A stretch of 64,000 nucleotides of DNA from Syntrophales bacterium. GTDB lineage: Bacteria; Desulfobacterota; Syntrophia; Syntrophales; UBA2185. The notes beneath the pieces were generated by a model. It ran no database searches and was not told the DNA's origin. It was given only the letters and a program-made list of their open reading frames with translations. This document shows, piece by piece, positions 1 through 8,403 of the stretch (positions are counted from its first letter, which is position 1; the number at the start of each line of letters is the position of its first letter). Made by a program: the position numbers and the translations under genes. The stretch is from NCBI GenBank assembly GCA_035542475.1, contig DATKLL010000148.1, positions 14,810 through 78,809 of the forward strand, read 5' to 3'.

Positions 1-714
1 TTCTTTCAGTTTGATCGCATCCCTCCTCCTGAGTCTTACTCTCTGTTTATCAGGCAACGCACGATTGCCGGATTTTTCTTGAACTGTTTGATCCGCCGTG
101 TTCCGCTCAAACCGTCCGAGAGGCCAGTAATCCAGGAGAAGCAGAACAATGGGAAGTGTGACCAGCATGGGTTTCGCCATCAGACCCAGGGTAAAGAATA
201 CAAGGACATACAGGTATCTCTGTGGCGACGGCCGCTCAACGTAATAACAATACGCGCCCATGGTAACAATCCAAAAGAAAGTAGAAAGGACATCCTTCCG
301 CTCTGCCACCCAGGCAACAGACTCCACGTGGAGGGGATGAAGGGCGAACAGTGCGGCAGCAAAAGCACTCTGCCACAGAGCTTTCGTCATTCGATGGAGC
401 ACAAAAAAGAGCAGCAGCGCATTTGCAATGTGGAACAGGAGATTCGTAAGATGGTGCCGTCCCGATGTCAATCCAAAGAGCTGAAAGTCCAGCATGTGGG
501 ATAACCATGTCAGGGGATGCCAGTTAGCGGCATAACCGGTCGTAAATGCCCACCAAATACCATCCATGGTGACACCATCCTGAATGTGTATATTTTTGGT
601 TACATATTTTGGATCGTCGTAATTAATGAAATCGCAATAATTGACCTGCCAGAACGCTGCGAGGGTAGCAAGTGTCAGGAAAATATAGATCGTTAGCGTC
701 TTATTCTTTGACAT
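1..714 (-). CDS. TPR-repeat / PMT_2-type (GT39, TMTC-like) membrane protein, N-terminal part; 3' end runs off the window
   Basis: Not in the ORF track because there is no in-window stop. Hand translation of the minus strand from ATG 714..712 gives MSKNKTLTIYIFLTLATLAAFWQVNYCDFINYDDPKYVTKNIHIQDGVTMDGIWWAFTTGYAANWHPLTWLSHMLDFQLFGLTSGRHHLTNLLFHIANALLLFFVLHRM... It stays open for all 238 codons to base 1. The FxNYDDxxYV / WHPLTWLSHxLD / HHLTNLLxH pattern is the usual N-terminus of bacterial TPR/PMT_2 proteins. The + ORF 79..504 is antisense to it. Confidence 0.6.
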   Translation of the reverse strand, partial: MSKNKTLTIYIFLTLATLAAFWQVNYCDFINYDDPKYVTKNIHIQDGVTMDGIWWAFTTGYAANWHPLTWLSHMLDFQLFGLTSGRHHLTNLLFHIANALLLFFVLHRMTKALWQSAFAAALFALHPLHVESVAWVAERKDVLSTFFWIVTMGAYCYYVERPSPQRYLYVLVFFTLGLMAKPMLVTLPIVLLLLDYWPLGRFERNTADQTVQEKSGNRALPDKQRVRLRRRDAIKLKE

Positions 715-728
715 GAAAAACCTTTGAC

Positions 729-1931
729 TTACAGCTTGAGGCTGCCCACGCTCATGACCGTCTGGATGAGGGTAAGGACGATGAACCCCACCAGGAAGCC
801 CATAATGATGATGATGGCCGGCTCCAGAAGGGTCAGCGCACGCTTGACGCTGGTCTTGAACCTTTCGTCAAAGATCTGATAAATTTCGAAAAATATTTCC
901 TTCAAACTGCCGCTCTCCTCGCCGACGCGGATCATGTTAGGAATCATGGGCGGCAGAAAGGATACATGGGAAAAGGCATCGGCGATCTTCCGCCCTTCCC
1001 TGATTTGAACAGCCACCATTTCCAGACTCTCCCGGAGACTCCCATTTCGGATGAGGCCTGTCGAAAGGCGCAGGGCCTTGATGAATTCGACTCCCGCTTC
1101 CAGCATGGCGTGCATGGAATAGGAAAACCGGGACAACTCCAGGTTCAGGATGAGGGTGCGGGCCAGAGGCAGGCGGATAAGCCGGTCCTGCAGGACGGAG
1201 AACCGGACTTTTGCCGGATAGACCCTGCTCAGGATATAGAGGACGGAGAAAATCGACGCGACGATGAGCACGTTCTGCACACTCAGCCATTTACTGAGGG
1301 CAAACAGAAGCTTCGCCGCCGCCGGCAGGTTGTCCGCCGAGGCGCCGAAGATGCCCAGGAATCGGGGCACAATGAACTGAAAGATGACGAAGAAGGTCAT
1401 GATGCTCGCGACGATCAGAAAAGCCGGATAGACCATGGCGTCCCTGATTTCTCCCCGGAACTGGATCTGAAAGCGCAGATACTTGGCGATGCTTTCGAAA
1501 GCATCGGGCAGCCGTCCTATCTCCTCATTGTTGTGGATCATGTTGACGAGAAACTGACTGAACCGGCCCGTCTCCTGAAACGCCGCCGTGACGCTCTTTC
1601 CCGCCCGGATGTTGGTCAGTATGAAGGACAGGATTTCCTTCATTTCTTCCTTGTCCGCCGATTGGATCAGGATATCAACGGCCTTGTCGATCTGCATCCC
1701 CGATCGCAGGAGGGTGCTGAGTTCCCTGGCCATGTAGTAGGTGTCCTGGTGGTTGACCCGCCTTCTCCCGGCGAAGGTTTTTTCCCCACCCGCTTTTTCC
1801 GTGAGGTCGATGATGGTCAGTCCCCTCTCTTTCAGACGCGCCAGGGCATCCCTGCGGTCCGCGGCGGCGATTACGCCCCGTCCCTCCTTTCCAGTCTGAT
1901 CTATGCCGACATAGACAAAGTCGTTCAGCAA
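729..1931 (-). CDS. gspF: type II secretion system platform protein GspF (PilC family)
   Basis: 400-aa ORF (TTG start in the track) with two T2SSF-type repeats and three TM segments. Overlaps the gspE stop by 7 nt. Confidence 0.9.
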   Translation of the reverse strand: MLNDFVYVGIDQTGKEGRGVIAAADRRDALARLKERGLTIIDLTEKAGGEKTFAGRRRVNHQDTYYMARELSTLLRSGMQIDKAVDILIQSADKEEMKEILSFILTNIRAGKSVTAAFQETGRFSQFLVNMIHNNEEIGRLPDAFESIAKYLRFQIQFRGEIRDAMVYPAFLIVASIMTFFVIFQFIVPRFLGIFGASADNLPAAAKLLFALSKWLSVQNVLIVASIFSVLYILSRVYPAKVRFSVLQDRLIRLPLARTLILNLELSRFSYSMHAMLEAGVEFIKALRLSTGLIRNGSLRESLEMVAVQIREGRKIADAFSHVSFLPPMIPNMIRVGEESGSLKEIFFEIYQIFDERFKTSVKRALTLLEPAIIIIMGFLVGFIVLTLIQTVMSVGSLKL

Positions 1932-3598
1932 ACCCGGAGCACCTCCTCGATGGTGGTTAATCCTTTGATCACCTTGATCATGCCGTCCTCCCGGAGGAGG
2001 CGAAAACCGGGCCTGGCAGAGACCGATTGCCGGAAACCCTCGAGGGACAGTGTCTTCAGGAATACCTCCCTCAAATCATCCGTGTAATCGAAGAGTTCAA
2101 AGATGGCCGTCCGGCCCCGGTAACCGGTGCCGGCGCACTGCTGGCATCCCTCTCCCTTCATGTAGGCTGGGCCGTCGGGGATCAGTTCTTCGAAGCGTTT
2201 CATGATGCTGGAAACGCCGTATTCCTGAAGAAGATAAAGGGAAGGCGTTTCGGAACGGCTGCAGAACGGACAGTTCCGCCGGGCGATCCGCTGGGCCATG
2301 AGCCCCGTGACGGCGGCGTTGATGAGGTACCCCTCCACGCCCATCTCCATGAGGCGGAAGAGGCTGCTCGAGGCGTCGTTCGTATGGAGAGTTGAGAGAA
2401 CAAAGTGGCCTGTCAGGGCGGACTGGATGGATATCTCCGCCGTTTCCCGGTCCCGTATCTCCCCCACCATGATCACATCCGGGTCGTGGCGCAGGATGGA
2501 CCGCAGAGCCCCCGCAAACGTCAGGCCGATTTCGCTCTTTACCTGGATCTGATTGATCCCTGGAAGTTGATACTCTACGGGGTCCTCAGTGGTGATGATC
2601 TTCCTTTCCTCGCTGTTGAGCCGGGTCAGCATGGAATAGAGGGTGGTCGTTTTACCCGACCCTGTCGGGCCTGTGACCAGGAGCATGCCGTGGGGACGGC
2701 GGATCAGATCTGTGATCACGCGCCGATGATCCGCCTCCATGCCCAGATGCTCCAGATCGAAGCTGAGCTTTTCCCTGTAAAGGAGCCGCAGGACAACCCC
2801 CTCACCGGTGACGGTGGGAATCGTCGACACACGAATATCGAGAAGATGGGAGGCAAGCCGGGTGGAAAACTTGCCGTCCTGAGGAAGGCGCTTTTCCGCA
2901 ATATCCAGACCCGCCAGGAGCTTGACTCTTGACACCGCCGCCAGATAAAATTGTTCTTCGAGGACGTCCTTCTCGTGGAGGATGCCGTCGATCCTGAGTC
3001 TAACCCGGTAACGGTGCTCCGAAGACTCGATATGAATATCCGATGCCCGAAGCTCAACGGCCCGGCCAATGATATGATTGAGAAACTGGATGACCGGCGC
3101 TTCAAAGGCCATTTCCTTGAGCTTTTCCGCGTCCTGTTCGCCGTCGAGGGACACAAAGTCCTTGCCCATGTCACCCTTATAGCCCCGTACCAGTTCTTTG
3201 ACGGTTCCTTCTGGCGCCAGTACGGGGACAATCCTGAAGCCCGTCCGGCCGATGACGTAATCAAAAGTGCCATGCTGAAAAGGATCGTCTGTAGCGACGT
3301 AAAGAATGCGTCGCTCCCGGTCCGCTTTAAGAGGAAAAATCTGGTGGTTAAAGAGGAAGTTGAGATCCAGACGTTCTTCGAGGAACGGAAAGAGCTCGTC
3401 ATCCTGAAGCTCTTCGCCCTGATAAACGGTCAGATTCAAACCGGCGGCAAGCGCGTCGATGAGCTGCACCTCGGTGATGGCCCCCAACCGCAACAGGGCA
3501 CGGCCAATGTCTCCGCCGAGTTCTTTATGAAGTTTTTGGGCCTTCTCCAAAATCTCGGGCTTGATGGAAAAACGTTCTCTGAGGATCTGTTCGAGCAT
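1925..3598 (-). CDS. gspE: type II secretion ATPase GspE
   Basis: The track ORF extends to 3760, but its first 54 codons overlap gspG. ATG at 3598 lies 8 nt after the gspG stop and gives 557 aa starting MLEQILRERF. Has a GSPII_E N-domain, Walker A GPTGSGKTTT, and a C-terminal CPFC...CQQC tetracysteine motif. Confidence 0.9.
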   Translation of the reverse strand: MLEQILRERFSIKPEILEKAQKLHKELGGDIGRALLRLGAITEVQLIDALAAGLNLTVYQGEELQDDELFPFLEERLDLNFLFNHQIFPLKADRERRILYVATDDPFQHGTFDYVIGRTGFRIVPVLAPEGTVKELVRGYKGDMGKDFVSLDGEQDAEKLKEMAFEAPVIQFLNHIIGRAVELRASDIHIESSEHRYRVRLRIDGILHEKDVLEEQFYLAAVSRVKLLAGLDIAEKRLPQDGKFSTRLASHLLDIRVSTIPTVTGEGVVLRLLYREKLSFDLEHLGMEADHRRVITDLIRRPHGMLLVTGPTGSGKTTTLYSMLTRLNSEERKIITTEDPVEYQLPGINQIQVKSEIGLTFAGALRSILRHDPDVIMVGEIRDRETAEISIQSALTGHFVLSTLHTNDASSSLFRLMEMGVEGYLINAAVTGLMAQRIARRNCPFCSRSETPSLYLLQEYGVSSIMKRFEELIPDGPAYMKGEGCQQCAGTGYRGRTAIFELFDYTDDLREVFLKTLSLEGFRQSVSARPGFRLLREDGMIKVIKGLTTIEEVLRVC

Positions 3599-3606
3599 GG
3601 CTTTTT

Positions 3607-4005
3607 TCACCAGTTCGTTATGGATTTCCCCCCCAATGTTCCGTCCGGCCCAAGAGAGTACAGGTCGAAAGGCCCGTGCTCGCCGGGCGCCTTGTACCCG
3701 TAAGCTCTGTCCCAGGGGTCCTTCGGCACAACATTCTTGGAAAGGTAAGGCCCCCGCCACTTGAGATCTTTCGACTGGATTAATTCCTCCAGGTTCGCGG
3801 GATAGCGGTTCATGTCGAGCTTGAAGGACATGACGCTCGACGAGAGCATTTCGATCTGCGCCTTGGCAATTTCTTCCTTGGACCGCTCGAAGCGGCCCAT
3901 CAGGTTCGGCGCGATGAGAGAGGCGATAAAGCCGATGATGATTACCACGACCAGAATTTCGATCAGTGTGAATCCGGCATCTTTTTTTCGCTTTTTATTT
4001 TTCAT
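3607..4005 (-). CDS. gspG: major pseudopilin GspG
   Basis: Prepilin leader plus GFTLIEILVVVIIIG, and a C-terminus DPWDRAYGYKAPGEHGPFDLYSLGPDG typical of GspG. ATG at 4005 is preceded by AGGAG. The track ORF starts at 4035, inside the gspD 3' end. Confidence 0.85.
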   Translation of the reverse strand: MKNKKRKKDAGFTLIEILVVVIIIGFIASLIAPNLMGRFERSKEEIAKAQIEMLSSSVMSFKLDMNRYPANLEELIQSKDLKWRGPYLSKNVVPKDPWDRAYGYKAPGEHGPFDLYSLGPDGTLGGKSITNW

Positions 4006-4019
4006 GACACGCGCTCCTG

Positions 4020-6182
4020 CTAAAATTTCATCCATTTAAGTTCTTTCTTCAGTTCATCCGTAATCTTCGTGGCATCATCCGTTTTCGTTAGGATCGTCGG
4101 AGTTACCAAGACGAGCAACTCCGTCCTTTCCGTTGTATTTTCTGTGACCTTGAAAAGATTGCCGATCACAGGTATATCGCCCAGGAAGGGTATCTTGCTC
4201 TCTTTAACCGCCTTCCGCTCTCTCATCAGACCGCCCAATGCCACCGTTTGTCCATGAGCTGCGACTACGGATGTATTGATCCGGCGTATGAGAATGATTG
4301 GAGAATCGCTGATCCCGGTTGTCGGCGATAAATCCGAAACCTCCTGGGTCAGTTCCAGGGTGAGCAGACCTTCGGTATTGATCGTCGGTTTCACCCGCAG
4401 GATGATTCCGAGGCTCCGATACTGGATGGACCTCTGGATAGTTGGGTTTTCGGTAGTAGAGGAGGCCGTGGTCTGCTCGCCCGTGGCAATGGGTACATCT
4501 TGGCCTATCTGGATGATCGCCTCATGGTTGTCGAGAACGGTCAGACGAGGGGTCGAGAGAATGTTGGCCTTGTCTTTCGTCGCCAAGGCATTCAACATTG
4601 CCTTGAAATTCGCCGTGGCCGTGGCATAGCTGAAAGTCATTCCCAGGGTGTTGATGCCGAGGTTTCCGAGGGTTCCTCCCGTAATCGGACCGCCGTTAAT
4701 GGTATTATTGATATACCACTCTACGCCGTATTTCAGTTCATCCGTGAGACTGAGTTCGGCTACGGTCGCTTCGATGAGGACCTGCTTTGTCTGAGTGTCA
4801 AGCTGGCGGAGGATCTCGAGGTGTTGCCTGTAAACGGTGGGCGAACATATCATGATTACCACATTCTTATTGTTGTCAGCGGCGATTTTCAGGTTGGGCA
4901 GGGCGGCTGCGCTGAAGGCCGCACCGGAAGAAGCTGTCTTTCCTGAGGCCGCCTGAGTGATTGAGCCCCCAAATGTGGTCGACGTCTGGGCGTCGGCGAC
5001 CGGCGTCTGGAAACCCTGGCCCGTTGTCTGGTATCCGGTAGATGATGCCGAAGCTGGACGCGAGGATGCGTCTCTGCCCGGAGCAACTGTATCGGAACGG
5101 GGCGTTATGCCGTAAAGCGCCAGCACAGAATTGACAATGTCCGAAGCCCGTGAAAACTGCGGCGCAAATGTGTAGGCCTTTTCATCCGAGCCTGCCGCTT
5201 CCACTGTATCAAGTCTGTTTTTCCAATCGATGACATATTTCATGGTTGCCTCATCCGGGGCGATGACGAGGACGGCATTCATCTGCCGGATGGCTACAAA
5301 CATGGGACCAGGATCTTTCGGCGTCTTCGCCGCGGCGATCCCCATCCCTTCCAGCATTCTTGTCAATTGACTTATAAACTCTTCCGGCTGCCAGTAAATG
5401 AGACGGAGAAACACAACTTTCTTCTCATGGAGGGAAGGAACATCGAAGAAGTTTATGAAATCTATTATCTGTTGAATATTGTTGCTGCTGCCATGAAGAA
5501 TTAGAACGTTCTCCCGAGCGTAGGGTTTGATCTGGACACTTCCTCTCGACAGATCGGTGATCAGAGATTGAATCTCCGACACTCGCAGGAACCTGAGGGG
5601 AACAATTTGCAGGACATCGCCTCTTCTTTCGACTATTTCACGACCGGTCTGAATATCCGACGTTGGTCTTGGAGCAGGGGGTTTCTGCATGACATGAAGC
5701 GCGCCCGCTTTTTCTTCGACGATAAGGTCATGTTTTTCCAGGACGCCGACAACCATCTCCAGGGCCTTGTCCGCGGGGACAGGCTGAGGCGTGGACAGCG
5801 TGACAACCCGCTTGTCTTCCATCATGGCCTGATCCATGACGAAGGGGATCTTCATGGTTTCACCAATGACATAGATCACGAATTCCGGCAGTCGCATACG
5901 ATTCACATTGATCGATACGGGGCCTTCCGCCGCCTTCAGTTTCTGCACACTCAACGGCTGTCTTGGAGAAGGCGGGCGCGCAGGCGCTTTCTGATCGTAA
6001 GAAAGCGTTTTGACTGTCTCAGCGAGGGCTGCCTTGTCCTGCTCATTCGACGCCTCAGTGCCTTCCACAGACTTTTGTCTATGTTCAATCGTTATGGGCT
6101 TGTACACATAAGGGGCAGGTGCGCAACCGGGAAGCATCAGAAAGATAATTATCCATAGACTGTTAAGAACGTATCTTCTCAT
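4020..6182 (-). CDS. gspD: secretin GspD, predicted lipoprotein form
   Basis: 720 aa. Signal peptide with lipobox LMLPGC (Cys20), N0/N1-like domains, a 70-aa S/T/A/G-rich linker, and a secretin core (VLIEATVAELSLTDELKYGVEWY ... IPFLGDIPVIGNLFK). Confidence 0.9.
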   Translation of the reverse strand: MRRYVLNSLWIIIFLMLPGCAPAPYVYKPITIEHRQKSVEGTEASNEQDKAALAETVKTLSYDQKAPARPPSPRQPLSVQKLKAAEGPVSINVNRMRLPEFVIYVIGETMKIPFVMDQAMMEDKRVVTLSTPQPVPADKALEMVVGVLEKHDLIVEEKAGALHVMQKPPAPRPTSDIQTGREIVERRGDVLQIVPLRFLRVSEIQSLITDLSRGSVQIKPYARENVLILHGSSNNIQQIIDFINFFDVPSLHEKKVVFLRLIYWQPEEFISQLTRMLEGMGIAAAKTPKDPGPMFVAIRQMNAVLVIAPDEATMKYVIDWKNRLDTVEAAGSDEKAYTFAPQFSRASDIVNSVLALYGITPRSDTVAPGRDASSRPASASSTGYQTTGQGFQTPVADAQTSTTFGGSITQAASGKTASSGAAFSAAALPNLKIAADNNKNVVIMICSPTVYRQHLEILRQLDTQTKQVLIEATVAELSLTDELKYGVEWYINNTINGGPITGGTLGNLGINTLGMTFSYATATANFKAMLNALATKDKANILSTPRLTVLDNHEAIIQIGQDVPIATGEQTTASSTTENPTIQRSIQYRSLGIILRVKPTINTEGLLTLELTQEVSDLSPTTGISDSPIILIRRINTSVVAAHGQTVALGGLMRERKAVKESKIPFLGDIPVIGNLFKVTENTTERTELLVLVTPTILTKTDDATKITDELKKELKWMKF

Positions 6183-6277
6183 GTATCCTCTGCTTTCAAA
6201 TCATTCACTCTTTTGATACCTCTGATGCCCGATTGATATTATTTTTCTTATTACGCCGGCAATTAAACACGTCAATT

Positions 6278-6363
6278 GTCATGCCGGACTTGATCCGGCA
6301 TCCAATACCTTAGATAGATTCCCGCTCCCCGATCAGGTCAAGGGCAAGCTTCTCGGGAATGAC
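6278..6363. repeat. two REP-like palindromic elements (GTCATGCCGGACTTGATCCGGCATCC and ATTCCCG-N29-CGGGAATGAC)
   Basis: Inverted repeats read directly in the 231-nt gap between the slt-like gene and gspD. Same family as elements near 16.7, 56.3, 60.6-60.8 and 63.7 kb. Confidence 0.5.
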
Positions 6364-6413
6364 AGGATTGATATAACTATTTGCCAGGGTCATAATGTCG
6401 AACATTGGCATGG

Positions 6414-7022
6414 TTAATAACCTTTTAGCTTTGAGTAGTAATTCAAAACCTGTTTCACGTAATTTCTTGTTTCTCGGATTGCCGGAATCTCTTTCTTTTC
6501 AATGACTTTTTCCAGTCCGGCGTTGTAGGCGGCGAGGCTCAAAGGAAGATTGCCTTTAAGGGCATCGAGAAGCCTGCTCAGATACATGACGCCGCCGTGG
6601 ATGTTCGAAGCCGGCTCAAAGGGATCAACAACGCCCAGTTCTCTGGCAGTTTGCGGCATGAGCTGCATCAAACCCAAAGCCCCTTTAGGAGAAACGGCGC
6701 GGTTGTTGAAGTTCGATTCGACTTTGATTACAGCGCGTACGAGGTCAGGATCTACAGAGTATGTTGTACTTGCCTGAAGGATCAGCGATTCGTAGTCGCG
6801 CAATCTCAGACCAGCAGATAGAACCGGCGCGGAAGATCCGCCTTTCTTCGTCACCAATGGAAAGTGGACCTTTGTGCATCCTGGACCTGGTGTGTTTGTA
6901 TAATATCTTGTCCCATCTTCATCATGGAAGGAATAGACATCGGCGGCAAGAACCGGAAACGGGACCATGAACAGCCAGAGCGAGAAGGCGAGTGTCAGCA
7001 GCCGCGAGGCAAAGGTTATCAT
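6414..7022 (-). CDS. soluble lytic transglycosylase (SLT domain) protein with signal peptide
   Basis: Motif VIKVESNFNNRAVSPKGALGLMQLMPQTA ... AAYNAG with an N-terminal signal peptide. Start overlaps the upstream gene stop (ATGA). Confidence 0.85.
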   Translation of the reverse strand: MITFASRLLTLAFSLWLFMVPFPVLAADVYSFHDEDGTRYYTNTPGPGCTKVHFPLVTKKGGSSAPVLSAGLRLRDYESLILQASTTYSVDPDLVRAVIKVESNFNNRAVSPKGALGLMQLMPQTARELGVVDPFEPASNIHGGVMYLSRLLDALKGNLPLSLAAYNAGLEKVIEKKEIPAIRETRNYVKQVLNYYSKLKGY

Positions 7023-7861
7023 TGGCCGCCTCCCTGAGCATTATCATCCGCTTTTGTAATCGGGGGATAGGGTCTCCTCCGTCCGGGCTTAGAGGGTGGA
7101 GGTGCTGAATCCTTCGGCAGCGCTTGAACAGTCTGAAGCGGGGCTTCTGGAAACGCTTGAGCATAGAGTGTCAAATCTTTTTCATCCTTACCGTTTCTTA
7201 ATCTTACGGAACGGGAATCGATACGGGCAATAACTGAACCATCCGGCAGAGACTGGCTTGTCTCCAGAATGGTCAGGTTGCCGACGTCATCTTTAAATAC
7301 AGCCTTTTTGTGAACGCCTCCCAGAATGCCGATAAGTAAAGGGTTCCCGCCTGAAAGATTCTTCATCTCAACCTGCCCGGATGCGGGTGACGTGGGTGAA
7401 ATGGAAGATCCATAAACATTAAATGCCTTCTTCTCATTTCCTCTCTTGAGCATTACTTGCTTGCTGCTCACAGCGGCAATTCGGAATCCATCAATCATTC
7501 GGTCTCCTGTAGCACCATTCTTGACAGAGCCCGTGTATTCACGGAAGATAGCCTTCATCCCGGCTTTTTCCTGGACAATGCCGATAAGGCTATAAGGATT
7601 ATCGGGCATGGGGGTCTGTACGTAATCTTTATCATTATAACTGCCCGATGCAGCAAAAATGTTTCTCTCTCCGATGGCCGTCCCCTCGCTCTTTCGCCCG
7701 ACTTCCATCGATTTCACCTCCGGCGGCGCCTTTGCGTCTGCCGACACCGGCGCCGGAACGGGCACGGGCTCCTGCATATCCTTTGGCATCCCCGCCAGAA
7801 AAAAAGCGATAACGGCTGCCATAACGATAAAAACCATATCGGGAAGATAGCGACTAATCAT
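7019..7861 (-). CDS. GspC/PilP-like inner-membrane secretin-interacting protein (tandem HR/PilP-like modules)
   Basis: N-terminal TM, a Pro-rich linker and an ERNIF motif. Two similar beta-rich modules follow: YSLIGIVQEKAGMKAIFREYTG...FRIAAVSSKQVMLKRGNEKKAFNV and NPLLIGILGGVHKKAVFKDDVG...VIARIDSRSVRLRNGKDEKDLTL. Position lies between the gspM-like gene and the secretin. Confidence 0.5.
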   Translation of the reverse strand: MISRYLPDMVFIVMAAVIAFFLAGMPKDMQEPVPVPAPVSADAKAPPEVKSMEVGRKSEGTAIGERNIFAASGSYNDKDYVQTPMPDNPYSLIGIVQEKAGMKAIFREYTGSVKNGATGDRMIDGFRIAAVSSKQVMLKRGNEKKAFNVYGSSISPTSPASGQVEMKNLSGGNPLLIGILGGVHKKAVFKDDVGNLTILETSQSLPDGSVIARIDSRSVRLRNGKDEKDLTLYAQAFPEAPLQTVQALPKDSAPPPSKPGRRRPYPPITKADDNAQGGGQ

Positions 7862-8403
7862 AGTTCCATCCGGAAGGCGCTTACCGTCATGGAAAAAGTC
7901 ATCCCCTGGCCGCTTACGGAAATCTCCATGGCCTTGACCGCGAGGGTCTTTTTATTTTCCTTCATGCTTTTCAACAACTCGACGAAAGATCGGGCACTGC
8001 CCGCAAGTCTGAGCACAACGGGCACTTCACTGATCTTCTTGCCGATGGCCGCTTCCGGCATTTCGAATCCCAGGACGGTCAGACCCTTGTCTTCCGAGTA
8101 TTTCAAGATGGTAGCCAGCATTTCTGACTGGATATCAGAGACACGGGCCTCCCGCGGATACAGGGCGGTACGCGCCTTATCGAGGTCTTGCGTGACCCCC
8201 GCACTTTGTGCCTGCTGCGCCTGCTCGAGAATCCGGGCTTTCAGCATGTAAGTCTCCTGCTGAAGAGCAAGATGAGCCCGTCTATCATTGACTGCCGCAT
8301 GAAGCGGATAAATGAGGAACCGCAAGAGCGCAAGGATGAGGATAATATATACACCAATGGTTTTCACCCAGTTATTGCTGTCGATCGCGAATAATCCCTT
8401 CAT
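7858..8403 (-). CDS. GspM/PilO-like bitopic membrane protein
   Basis: 181 aa with one N-terminal TM (IGVYIILILALLRFLIYPL), a coiled-coil and a C-terminal alpha/beta domain. Translationally coupled on both sides. Assigned by architecture and position only. Confidence 0.5.
   Translation of the reverse strand: MKGLFAIDSNNWVKTIGVYIILILALLRFLIYPLHAAVNDRRAHLALQQETYMLKARILEQAQQAQSAGVTQDLDKARTALYPREARVSDIQSEMLATILKYSEDKGLTVLGFEMPEAAIGKKISEVPVVLRLAGSARSFVELLKSMKENKKTLAVKAMEISVSGQGMTFSMTVSAFRMEL

Noticed and set aside
966-2087. Long + strand ORF (373 aa) and similar long ORFs at 2951..3703, 5568..6158, 7457..8251, 13195..13710, 40164..40997 and 49190..49696
   Set aside because: All lie antisense to, or out of frame with, genes that have strong family signatures (gspF, gspE, gspD, the subtilase, fdhA, the PAS sensor). 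Their products are low-complexity Arg/Pro/Gly-rich strings typical of shadow ORFs.
3599-3760. N-terminal 54-codon extension of the gspE ORF
   Set aside because: It overlaps the 3' end of gspG in another frame and has no GspE-like sequence. The ATG at 3598 directly follows the gspG stop.
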